Positions 1-12,300 of a stretch of 64,000 nt of DNA are shown here, piece after piece (positions within the stretch are counted from its first letter, which is position 1; every line of letters starts with the position of its first letter). Source of the stretch: Macrostomum lignano. Lineage: Eukaryota. The position numbers were made by a program, and so were the translations under genes. Location of the stretch: the NCBI GenBank assembly GCA_002269645.1, contig NIVC01000104.1:186001-250000 (forward strand), written 5' to 3'. Below the pieces are notes generated by a model. The model saw only the letters and a program-made list of their open reading frames with translations. It was not told where the DNA came from and made no database searches.

Positions 1-239
1 AGAGATCAAGCGGGAGAAAGAGATCAGGCGGGAGAGAAATTCAGGAAAGTGAAAGTAATTAAGATATCAAAGAAGAGTTGGAGTTGGGTTGAACGAGATT
101 AAGCGATACGGAGTGAATTGGCTGCGATAAAGCTAGCTACATGTATAATATCGATGAATGATCGGCCCCATCTAGATAGTACAAATTGCTCTGCTATAGA
201 AACAGTGTTATCATCATGAACTCTTAACTAAATAAATCA

Positions 240-520
240 GCGCTTAAAACAGGTTTGCTATATAGCTAATAAACTAATTTGCAATCAACAATCAATCAAC
301 AACTGCTCAGTATTTATATAGATTGCTGAGCCCATAGCAGAGCTAAGAAGCTGTCTGATCAACATAAAGAAGCATTCCGATAGCGCCTCGATCTACCAGT
401 CGATGAAACGGTGATCAAAAAATGTTTTGCGTGGATTAGCATACACTTATGAAATAAATTGAGGCGTAAGGTTACGTATTTTCAATAGGCTTGATCGAGA
501 CTAATAACTAATGCATCGGA
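240..520 (+). mobile_element. Possible degenerate 3' fragment of a CR1/L2-type LINE
   Basis: Around 418-470 the + strand reads KKCFAWISIHL*NKLR, resembling the F..R....WN.L motif at the C-terminus of CR1/L2 ORF2, with the Trp codon mutated to TGA. No RT core is visible. Confidence 0.25.
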
Positions 521-1916
521 TAGCTATGATCATGATTAGGATTAGGGCTATAGCTACGAACGTAGTAACCATAACTCATTTCGTATGCAAGCTATACAAC
601 ACGAAACTTTAATCTCATTTAGTAGTAATCTGCAAGTTAACATACTGAAGCTACTGAACAGTTTAAATCATTGAAATTGAAGAGAGAAAAACAGGAAATT
701 GTAGAGTCAGACGCTCTCTGGCTGTGGGCAAAGCGAGAGGAAACATAAATCAGCGATACATGTATGCTCCATTCAGCATTCAATGGAAACGACCTCAGAA
801 ATTTGTCGTCTCGTAGCACTGATTTACTGATATTGGACATGCGGACTTGTGAGTCAGAGAAAAGTCCACACAATACAATGGCACTTATTGGCTGTCAATT
901 GCAATCACCCTGTCTGCAGCTGTGATGAATTTCAGAGAAGTTACATGTTGAGAGATAGGTCTTGGCTCTGTAGGAAGCAGCGAAACTATTTTTTTCTTAA
1001 CATTACTGAAGTCACTACAAAGGGCATGTAGCCATCCTCATGAGGAAATTTTGAGCAGCTGGAATCAAAACCGAACGAAGGGATGAAAGGAGATCCGGAT
1101 AGACGTGCTACGTGCTACATGCCTGTAAGCGAGACAGAAAAGAACGATACTGTTTTGGAGTTTAGTCTCTAAAATGCAATCCGGTTCGTTCAAGCCAGCG
1201 CAAGGCAATTGTAGCATTGGAGAGGCCAGAATGAAAGGGTTTCTTTGAGAGGCATTCAGCCCGAGTTCAAGTAGCTGGAAGGGAAGAAAAGGGATTAAGT
1301 TGGTTAGGGTGGTTGAGAAAATCGGCTTGAGTCCAGTTGGTCAATCCGGACACCAGATTAGACACCTAAACACGTGCTTGAACAAACCGCATCGCTAAGC
1401 CTATGGATTCAGTCAAGCCGAGTTAGGCGAACAGCGAGAAATCATTCCTTATCCACTCGTTTCTCCGCTCCCCATACGGCTGGTTCAGGGTTGGGTTAAT
1501 CAACGGCTCAAGCTACTATTTTAGCCGTTGCGGGGATTATTTCTGGTCTCTTCCCCTTCCTTAAGTAATTTACTTAGAAGAAAATTACTTAGAAGCGCTC
1601 GCGATTCAGGGACAAGGGACGATTCATAGTTGGATATTTCTTGACACTTTTGCGCGTCACAAATCAGGATTCAGGACGCTGCTGCAACTGATTTAGGACA
1701 CTCACAAAGAAGCCGTGGGACTGACAGCCTACATCCGTGATTTCACTTCTTACGCCCTCTGTTGATGTTGTTACTCCCATAGCATAGACGAGAGCTTCTC
1801 CTTTCATGTCCCAGCCTGCATAAGTAATTAGATAAGAAAATGATGAAATTGAACTTCAAATCATTTTAACAAATTTACAGACTCGATTGAGACAAGAAAA
1901 GAAAGCGCTTGACAAC

Positions 1917-4731
1917 ATGGGTGCTGCCACCAGCTCAGTTGACAATGCGTCCAATTGTTGGAATCACTCCATTACGGAAGAGCCGCTCTACAAAGGCCTG
2001 GCAACGTTCCAAGCCGCCTACCGGCCAGTGCACGGGTACCTCTGCGCCGCATTGTGCGTATTCGGAGTCGCTGCCAACCTGGCCAGCATAGTTGTGCTTA
2101 CTCGGCGCACAATGGTTTCGTCCGTCAACGTTATCTTAATTGCCGTGGCTGTTGCCGATATGTTTACAATGTTTTTCTACTTTTTCCACTTGCTACACTT
2201 CACTGTCATGTCGCCAGCTGTGGGGCTTCACCAGCCGCACACGCTGTCCTATCCGTGGATACTATATTCTCTGTTCACTATCAGTGTGGTGAGTATAGGC
2301 GCTTGTTTTATGTTTTATGGTTGAAGGGGACTGTAGCCTTGTGGTTAGAGCGTCGGACTGACGACTGAAAGGGTTCGATTCCCGACCCACTCGGAACAAT
2401 TGTTGTCCTTGAGAAAGATTTTAACTCTGCATTGCTTCGGTTCACCCAGCTGTAAAATGGGTACCAGCATTATATGGGGTAATTGAGGCTGTGTGTAGCG
2501 ACCCCCCAATCCTTGGACTGAACAGCCGTACGCAGCCTTCAGATGCGTCGCACAATAGTTGCGGGTGAGCTTTCGGTTGCTCATCTGCCCATTAAGGGAG
2601 GTATAATCGATTATTATATTATTGCTCATTATTTATGGCCAGTATAGTCAATACTCTCCGCTCAGACATTAGAAAATATCATAGTAGCACATTGCCTTCC
2701 CAAGTACATGTACGGCTCGTAAGTAAATCAGCTCAAATAAAATTCTGTACAAATAAAAAAAAGCTACTACAGAAACTGGGCAACAAAACACTGGGTTGAC
2801 AGTTTTTCGTCGTCTGGCCATGCCTGCGACTTCAATCGGCAGGTGGGTGGACTTTTGTCTGGATAAACTGGCCCGGGTTCTATTAGCAAAGTGCCTCAGC
2901 AGGTCCCAGCAAAGATGGACCGCGGCTAAACTATTGGTACACTGCAGCCCGGAACTAGTTTTAGCTGGGAAAGCTGAAAATGTGCGAAAAGACATCCACA
3001 AAGGCTGGATTTTTACAGGGGGTGGATCAGGGCTGGCTTTGGGTCGAGCGCAGATATTGCAGCAAGCGGGCAAGCAGTATGCAGGTTGCAGAGCTGTGCG
3101 CATAATTCTGCTTCGTAGGATTAGAAGAAACACAGCCCTATGCGTCTGCGCTATGACAAATCATTTTCGCACTGAAATGTGAAAATGATACCCTTAGCTG
3201 CTATCTGTTCCATCCATCATTATACGTAGTGTAAGACCCATTTCTTTATGTTTCTCGGCAGCAACTTCGGCGTTAAAAAAAGCGCATATTCGCAAACGGA
3301 ATCGTCCGGAATGCGAAATAATTGCCGCAGATGTTTTGCACGACACAATTTATTTGCTTTGAACAATAAAGAAATTAATAGTTAACATTGGAAATCCATT
3401 AGAATCCCCAGTGGGTTGTATTGTTACTTTCGCGATGAATTGGTTGACTGGGGTCTTTTACATCATCGATGATCGATAGAATCTCGTAGCTTTGCAGACT
3501 TACGCTTGAGATTTAAAAAATGTCAGTCATCCTGTGCTTCTTGTGATTTTTTTCATCCTGAATTTGGACGCAGGATGATAAAAAAGCACCCTGCTTTTTC
3601 CAAACTGCTTGGTAACATATAATTTAAGCTTCAAAATTCTGTAATTCATCTTTTTTGAATGATCAATAAGTTTCTAACTATTCGGATTCGCTGGATTTGA
3701 AGACTTCCATCAATATCCGATCAAGGACCACTAGAAGCTACTCGTGTCAAATTTGAATAATCTGTAAGCAAAATCAACAGTCTTCTGCAACTTCTGCGGG
3801 TCAGGGAGGTTAAGAAATGTAAAGAGTAGAGTAGAGATGTCGGTACATTTTTCATCCTGGTTTTTAACTAGCGCAGTGACTCTGACGCTTGTAAAAACCC
3901 AGAAGTTGTCTACTCGCATTCATTTACTACTCGCCTTCTCTGTCACAGGTTCTGGTTCTTCACACAATAGCCAGCTGGTTAACCGTGACTCTGGCCATAT
4001 TTCGCTATCTGTACATTGCCCTGCCAACCAGAGGCGTTACCCTGGCCAGCATCAAGAATGCGTACATCAGCATCGCCGGGATCACGATCGTTTTGACGCT
4101 TAGCACGGCGCCGAACTACCTGATGAACGAGGCCGCATACTGCATATCCGCTGATCATGACAACGCAACAGTCTACTTTATCAGCACACCGGCTTCACTG
4201 CCAAAAGCTCTGGTAATGTCCAACTACTGGACTATCGCCATTGCCTACAAAATCTTGCCGTGCGGACTGCTGTCTCTGATGACCGTGCTGCTCATCTCGC
4301 AGCTGTCCAAGGCGGCCAAGAGGCGCAGGATGCTACTAAACAAAGCCCAAGCGGGCGAAGCGTCCAGACGAGAGCAGCGCAACGATCGGAGGGAACAGCG
4401 CACAACTAGGATGCTGCTGGCTATCGTGATAATCTTCTGGGTGACTGAACTGCCGCAAGGCGTCATGTCGTTGATGTGTTTTATCATGGCCTCCTTTCAA
4501 AAGAATGTGTACGAACCGCTCGGTGACGTTCTAGACCTGCTTTCGCTGGTGAATAATAGCTGTAACTTCGTGCTGTACACCTCCATGTCGAAGCAGTTTC
4601 GAGACACGTTCGCGCAGATATTCATATCGCCCTGGTGGCAGCGAGGGGGCGGTCAGGCCCAGCGGACCCTTGAGTTGGAGGAGCACATTGAGCTAAATGA
4701 AAACAACTCGAACAGAGTTGAAGAAAACTGA
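1917..4731 (+). CDS. Class A peptide GPCR, myosuppressin/FMRFamide/sex-peptide-receptor-like; 2 exons, 384 aa
   Basis: Exons 1917-2288 (donor GTGAGT) and 3949-4731 (acceptor ctctgtcacAG), phase 0. The splice joins TM2 to TM3 as FTISV|VLVLHTIASWLTVTLAIFRY. Other motifs: TM1 GVAANLASIVVLTRR, TM6 RTTRMLLAIVIIFWVTELPQG, TM7 NNSCNFVLYTSMSKQFRDTF. Confidence 0.9.
2326..2630 (+). mobile_element. tRNA-derived CORE-like SINE, family A, copy 1 (in GPCR intron)
   Basis: A-box-like TAGCCTTGTGGTTAGAGCG and B-box GGTTCGATTCCC, then the CORE-like block GTCCTTGAGAAAGATTTTAACTCTGCATTGC...CAGCTGTAAAATGGGTACC and an AT-rich tail. Homologous to 5441-5700 and 15885-16190. Confidence 0.75.
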
Positions 4732-5440
4732 CGCTAAAATTAATGACAAAATCTATTTGGAACATTTCGACACGACATGCAGTTCTTGCCGTTTTATTTT
4801 TTTCTTTGATAAACCCATTCTGTTAACCAGTATCTCTCTTCAACTGCTCCCTGCTTAAATAAAACATCACTTCCCAATTATTTAATCAGCATGCTTTGTG
4901 TTTTAACACTCCTATATAAAGCAAACCACTCGAGCAAGCTTTAAATAATTAAATCGTGAAAGAAAACGTCACTACTACCAACTCTACATGATTTACTGTT
5001 TGTCAGGCCACATAGAGCTAGCTCGAATGCTGAAACAGAGGAAAAAATGAAGCATGAAAAAATAATGAAGCGAATAGGCGGATAGATTTGTCATACTTTA
5101 CGCTCGTAGTGCGTAAGCTTGATTTGTAATTTTGGTAAATGACTTTGGACAATTGACCCAAACTACAGAGAGATAAACAGTTTGAGGGGGAGAAGAAAAG
5201 TCTACAGCGCATGCAGTAACAGGTATTGTAAATCATCAGCATTCTTGTAGATAATGCAATCTAGGCAGTTATATAAGCAAAGGTGGGCTTTTATAGAGTT
5301 TAGTCTAACCTGGAAGCGTTCGTTTCTGTGGCGAACTTTAAGTTGGCAGAAGCTGCCTAAAATTATCTAAAATATCGAAATGACTTACACAATTCCTTAT
5401 CGCACGTCGCATGTAGCATATTGTTGGCGTTTTATTAATA

Positions 5441-5700
5441 GGGGTTCGACTCACTTAAATTTGTGTCCTTGAGCAAGACACTCAACTCTGCATTGCTTCA
5501 TCAGTTCACCAAGCTGTAAAATGGGCACCAGGATTATATGGGGTAATTGAGGATGTGTGTGTGTGGCGACCCCCCCCCCCAGCAGTCCTTGGGCTGAACA
5601 CAGAACAGCCTTCAGATGCGCCGCAAAATAGCTGCGTCTGAGCTGTCGGTTGCACAACTATCCAACAGGGCAAGGCGTAATCAATTATTACTATTAATAC
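5441..5700 (+). mobile_element. SINE family A, copy 2 (5'-truncated at the B box)
   Basis: Starts GGGGTTCGACTC, then TGTGTCCTTGAGCAAGACACTCAACTCTGCATTGC...GCTGTAAAATGGGCACC, and shares the downstream body with copy 1. Confidence 0.75.
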
Positions 5701-6351
5701 TTTATGATACGCACAATTCCTTTAAATACTGAAAAAGAAAATATATTAAGAACTACTAAACACTGCGATAAATTTAATTCAAGAAAAACCCTTCAAAAAT
5801 TATTATTTTGCGGATTCTGCCATCCTTGAGGACAAGATATTTATTATTGATCGATTTATTTTTAATTTGAAAAAAACGCGAGTTAATCAGAAACATTACA
5901 TTCCGAAACGCAGAGAAAAGCAACACAGTTACAGCTTGAATTGCAGATTAGCCATAGCTAAGACTGCGACGACTGCGTAATCTCCAAAATAATATTCTTC
6001 CCATGCTCTGCCAATAGAAAGTATTCATACCTAGGAAAATCTACTCAGCAAAATTGTAAAGCCGTCACCCTGTCACCCTTTAACAATAATGTTAATAAAA
6101 AAGTGAAACGATGCTATCATTGTGTTACATCCTATTGCTCAGCGTTGTGATTATGTAATGCATGTCTCGGCAATGTAGACTGTGAGATGTTGCTTACTGG
6201 AGCAATTGGAGGCGACTTTTCATAATGCTGACAATTTTGTTCCAGCCTTCCAAAAACATTACACGGTAGACTAATTACACGCATCCAACTCATTCCCAAT
6301 CGAATCAGTTATAGAGGATATTATATATTATACAACAAGGCAATTTCATCA

Positions 6352-9300
6352 TTAGTATTTTACATCGGACAGATTCTCGTTGCTGTTAACGTAGGCCGAG
6401 TTGACCGCCCCGGGCTCGAACGGTCGTGAATAGGCGCCGGAGGACTTCAATTCGAATTGGCCGTCGCCATTGGCGTACTTGGACTCGTCCGTGTCCTCCC
6501 TCATCCAGGATGGTCGCAGGTAATAGACAAGAACGTTGACAAACAATAGCAGCAGCAGCAGCGCAACCCACTGCGAAAGAAAGAATAGTATGAATAGAAA
6601 GATGGCACATGAATTCAGTCAATTTTACTATTTCAGTAAATGACAGCGCCTAATACTACTTTTCTAGGTAGTTAGCATGCGACATCCTCCATTTAAACTC
6701 ACAAGATCAGTATAATGCTATAGAATGGAACTTGAGAATTTTACAGTTCTTTCTTAAAACCAAAGGATTGACTCGCTTCATAAGTCGTACCAACTAAAGT
6801 ACTAACTTAAGACGAAAAGCCATTTTCAAGGCGCTTTGAGTATGGCATCGTAGCAACTGACCTCAGTGATGACGGTGACAAAGGTCTCAACGCCGTAGTC
6901 GTACCAGCGATTGCCTGGTGCCTCATCTGCGGTGCTGCGGATCAGCTCCAGCGCCCACCAGGCCAACAGGCCCACCGCTTCGAGTGGAGCGATGACGCTG
7001 GAAACAAAATTATCGGAGAATAAATTGATTCATTCATCTGTAATCACTTTGTCAGCCTGTCAAACTAGGTTTTATAAAAATACGTCAAAATAATGTAGCT
7101 GAGTAAGCTTTTTAAACTATTAAGCTTTATAATCTACAAGTTTTACTAGGCGTAAAGGGGTTCGGTTTTTCGTGTTGACATCGCTTCATGGTCAGAGGTC
7201 GGTGACTTTTACCTCAAGGGCCAAATAAAGCCAGAATGAGAGAGGAAATGAGAAAGAATAGAAGATGAGAGAGGAGAGAGAACAGAAGAGACGAGAGATG
7301 GAATGAGAGAAAAAATATAAGAGAGGAGATGAGAAGGGGGGCCGTTGCCCAGCGGTCTAGCGCAGGCTCTGGTGTTGCCAGCGACCCAGGCTCGATTCCA
7401 AGTGCAGTTACATTAATTTGGGGCTGAATTGGAATCTCGGCTTGGCTCTGCTCGTGCAATTAACGGCCTTGAGGGCCAACCCCCAAGGCTCAGTGAAGTG
7501 TACATGCCTAACGATAAAATAAAGTTAGGGCCGCTGTACACTCCTGTGTGAGTGTGTGCCTGCGTACGTATCCTCGCGCTTGTATGCCTGCTCAGGGGAG
7601 TCGGCGGAATGGGCAGCAATGCCTCTCGCCGGTTGTGTTCCTATGTCGCTTAAAGTGCGCCAGGGTGCACACAACCCCCTGCCTCTAATAAAAAAGGATG
7701 AGAAGAGACAAGATGAGAGAGAGGAGAAAGGGGAGAAAAAAGAGGGTTAAGAGTAGATAGGAGAGAGAAGATGGAAGACGGGGAGAAGCGACACAAGCCT
7801 TGAGCTAGACAGATTGCCATTGTGTAGTTTGAAAGGACCCGAAGGCCGGATACAAGTATATGCCTGTCATTCACCAATGAACTAAGAAATCGATTACTCA
7901 AGTGGAAATTGTAGCGGCCAGCTTACACAATGATAATCATAGTAACGATCGTCAAACGCCAGTCCTTCTCGCCGTAGTCATTCACAACCTCTTGCTGGAA
8001 TTTTCTAACGCCGTACTTAATTACCAACAATTGGAACATGATTCCAGACAGCATTAGAGCGAAGCCCCACACAAAGTCCTGCAATTTCGTTGTACAAACG
8101 TTTCATATTAAAACTGTATTAATTAGACAATTAACTTCCAAATGCGGCGTACCTGGTTTCTTAGAATTTCAATCTCCATAGCCGACGGCAGACCAATTAA
8201 GAAGGTTGCAATGATCACAATCGGTGTGCCATACTTTCGTGGAACTGAAATTTAGAACGATGCAAATAAGAGGCAGGTAAAGTTCATTTTGCAACTCTTT
8301 GCTTAACAGAGTTGGCTCATGAACATATTGGGGATGCTCAGTCAGGTACACTCGTACATCCCCATACATTGCGTCATCTCCTACAACTGTAGAAAAACAC
8401 ATGATTTCACCACAAATAACCATAAAGAAATACGTGTAGGTTAATTAGTTCGCAGGGACATACTCTCCGCTGCAAAATCAAGCGACAGTCAAGCAGTCAT
8501 GGCCATTCCACTGACTCCAGAGTATGCAAACGGACGCAGATAAGTACACATACACGTCATGCATAGTATACAGCGGCCCTGACTTCTCATCGTCACGTCC
8601 ACAGGCTTGTACGAATGTTACTCTGAGCTTTGGCGGCTCATGCCTTCATGAGCAATAATTATTTTTTCAGTAGATAGCTTACTTCCAAAGTCCTGCAGAG
8701 TGAGCGACGTCAATTCGAAATTGGCGATCAACGAGCTAACGCCGGCAAAGCTGAGGCAGAGGAAGAACAAGACGCAGAGAATTTTTCCTAAGATGTCAAC
8801 CTGAGCAAATAGCACGGGAATCCAGATGAATGTGAGCCCAGTGGAAGCCGGTCCAGATTGCTTGATAATCTCCACGATGCCAGTGCGCGATAGAGTGCTC
8901 TGAGTCTGGATCAGAGTGGAGAACACTGTCGAGAAGATGGTCAGTGCGCACAGCATGCTGCGGAATGAAAATCGCCATGAGAGCTTTTTAAATTCGCTCA
9001 TTCTAACAAAAGTTATCTTTCTAAACTTAGAAAAAAACGATTGAAATTGTGTTACCTAACAAAGTTGTTCATGGCGGGAATCAGTGTCGAGAACCTCACG
9101 ACGCCATGCTTCCTAGTCATGTAGGTTGCGTAGGGAACGATAAGGCCCATAGCGGCTCCGGTGTCGAAGGCATTTTGGGAAGCCGAGTCCACCCAGAGCC
9201 GAGGGTCTTGCAGCGCTTCTGTAGGGAATTGATAACGGAAATCTAGCGTTGTTATTACGTCTTTGCGAACTGTGAATGAATTGCTGCATAATGAAACTTC

Positions 9301-12300
9301 TACAAGTTGTTTTGGCCGTCATGGATTGTTTAGTCCCTAGGTTAAATCCCACACGACAACCTAGTAGGAGCGCACAACTGAACTTACCTAAATCCGGAGT
9401 AAATAGGAACCTAATGCCATAGTCGCTATATTTGTTCAGAACCGACCAGCAATAGGTGCCAACAATGATGAGCAGCAGGGTAGGCACCAGCACCATGTTG
9501 GCCTTCTCAATCCAGGTGATGCCGCCGATTACGCAAGCGCCGGATGCGAGAATGGCCAGGCCGTGGCACATGATTGGCCAGTAGCTTTTCTCCTGGGAAT
9601 TGAGAAGTCAATCAGGCGACTAACGTTACCAACACGTTTTCTGAATTCAGAGTCTCAAATGCAAAGCAACTGCTCATTTAGGACTGGGAAACTGGGAGAC
9701 TCAATCCTTAAATTTCTTCAGGACTGGGAGCCTATGTTAATCTCTAGTCATCTCTATAGTCAGGAGAATTTTGTTCCGGGCAAGGAATCCCTAGCTGTTC
9801 AGGGCAGGGAATCCCTAGTAGTTCAGGGCAGGGAATCCCTAGTTGTTCAGGGCAGGGAATTCCTAGTTGTTCAGGGCAGGGAATCCCTAGTTGTTCAGGG
9901 CAGGGAATCCTTAGTTGTTTAGGGTAGGGAATCCCTAGTTGTTCAGGGCAGGGAATCCCTAGTTGGTCAGGGCAGGGAATCCCTAGTTGTTCAGGGCAGG
10001 GAATCCCTAGTTGTTCAGGGCAGGGAATCCCTAGTTGTTTAGGGCAGAGTGTCCTCGATCCAATGCATTTTCCAGATTCCTCAGGACTGGAAGCCTCAGA
10101 TCCCAGTTTCTTCAGAGTCAAAAGCAGTCAACTAGGGAATTTAAAAGAGAAACTCGGATCAAAGCCTTACAGCAAACGCTTCGAATATTTCCTGACTCTC
10201 TGGCTCGGCCTGCGGCAGCTCTCCGGTGGCGGACAGTTGAATCGTTTTGTACACATAGTAGAAACACCAGCCCAGCACGACCGAATAGTAGCAACTGAAA
10301 GTTTTTGGTTTAGGTAACTTTTTACTTTACAAGCTACTGATTTAATAAGTAGTATCGAAAACAAAATAGTGTTCGATAGTTGGCTGAAGAAAAAGAGTTC
10401 ACTTTGTCGCAAGCAGTCATCTTATCTATCTAAGCGCTTCGTGCCTTATCGACCGAACTTCTCTCCCAGAGACTGTATAAACAGGCGAGCACACAAAAAT
10501 CCTAAAAAAAAAGGAAACACCTGAGCACAAGCCTCGTTTAGCAAATCGGCATTATGGTTTTAATCTATAGAAAAGACCACCGCATTGCGATGGCGATTGT
10601 TACCTGCGCAATTCTGTGCCAATGTATGCCTGTTTTAAAGGCCGGAACGTGTAAGTTTCGTGTTGCTTCATTTTTTAAAGCTGGGCTCTCGGAATTTCTG
10701 GAAAAGCCTCTTTTTCGAAGATTGATGTCAGGATGACTTTTCAGTTATGAATTCACGATTTCTGTGGGTCTTGGCGTCATTTTGAGTGTTTTAACCCAAT
10801 TTGGTTGTCTTGACGCCACTTTGGGTGTCTTGACGTCACTTTGGGTGTCTTGACATTACTTTGGGTGTTTTGACGTCACTTTGGGTGTCTTGACGTCACT
10901 TTGGGTGTCTAGACGTCACTTTTGGTGCTTGACGTCACTTTGAGAGCCTTGACGCCTTTTTTGGTGTCTTGACGTCACTGTGGGTATCTTGGCGTCACTT
11001 TGAGAGCCTTGACGCCTTTTTTGGTGTCTTGACGTCACTGTGGGTATCTTGGCGTCACTTTGAGAGCCTTGACGCCTTTTTTGGGCGTCTTGACGCATCT
11101 AAGTTGTCTAGAATAGTGCACTATTTCGGATATCTGAACTCTATTTTTGATGCCTGGTGCTACTTTTGGTGTCTGCATGTGTGCCTTTTAGGTGCCAAGG
11201 CGAAAATTAGATTACAGGAGCGCCACTTTTCTATGAATTCAATTAATCAATTCCCAGGTGAGAATCGGTCTCCGGCCACGGACCCGTGCGACTGGGTGGC
11301 AACCTCTGGCAGCTGTGCAGAGTACTACCAGGTGTACGCTAAACTGTCCTACCAGTACATCAGCAGTCCCAGGTATCCCGACAGCTACCCAGAGTGAGTT
11401 TGATCAAGTCTTTAAATTTCCATTGAAAGTGTGATGTGTGGCTGATTTGATTGTTTAATTAAACTTTTAGCAGCGCCACCTGCCGCTGGGTGATTTCCTC
11501 ATGCAACTGCCAGGATACGGACCAGCAGGAGGGCTTGGAGTATCGGGTGGAACTCGAGATGCTGGACTACGAGATGCAGGAGAGTCCCTCGTGCACTAGG
11601 GACTTTGTTGAGGTTCGGGACGGTAAGTCTAAAGACAGTTCTGAGTTTGCGAAAATTAAACTTGGGCCTCCAATCCCTTCTTCCAGGTTGGTCAAACTGG
11701 CCGCCACCCCCTTCCCCCAGTTGGTTAAACTTGGGCCGCGACCCCCTTCCCCAGTTGGTTAAACTTGGGCCGCCAGCCCTTCCCCAGTTGGTTAAACTTG
11801 GGCCGCCAGCCCTTCCCCAGTTGGTTAAACTTGGGCCGCCAGCTCCTTCCCCCAGTTGGTTAAACTTGGGCCGCCACCCCCTCCCCCAGTTGGTTAAACT
11901 TGGGCCGCCAGCTCCTTCCCCCAGTTGGTTAAACTTGGGCCGCCACCCCCTCCCCCAGTTGGTTAAACTTGGGCCGCCAGCTTCCCCCAGTTGGTTAAAC
12001 TTGGGCCGCGACCCCCTCCCCCAGTTGGTTAAACTTGGGCCGCGACCCCCTCCCCCAGTTGGTTAAACTTGGGCCGCGACCCCCTCCCCCAGTTGGTTAA
12101 ACTTGGGCCGCCACCCCCTCCCCCAGTTGGTTAAACTTGGGCCGCGACGCCCTCCCCCAGTTGGTTAAACTTGGGCCGCGACCCCCTCCCCCAGTTGGTT
12201 AAACTTGGGCCGCGACCCCCTCCCCCAGTTGGTTAAACTTGGGCCGCCACCCCCTCCCCCAGTTGGTTAAACTTGGGCCGCCAGCTTCCCCCAGTTGGTT

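Noticed and set aside
2326-2400. tRNA-like sequences here and at 7338 and 15885
   Set aside because: A/B boxes are present but there is no complete cloverleaf, and each continues into a shared SINE body.
2669-3182. Overlapping 128- and 154-aa ORFs in the GPCR intron
   Set aside because: No recognisable motif, non-ATG or weak starts, and no splice support.
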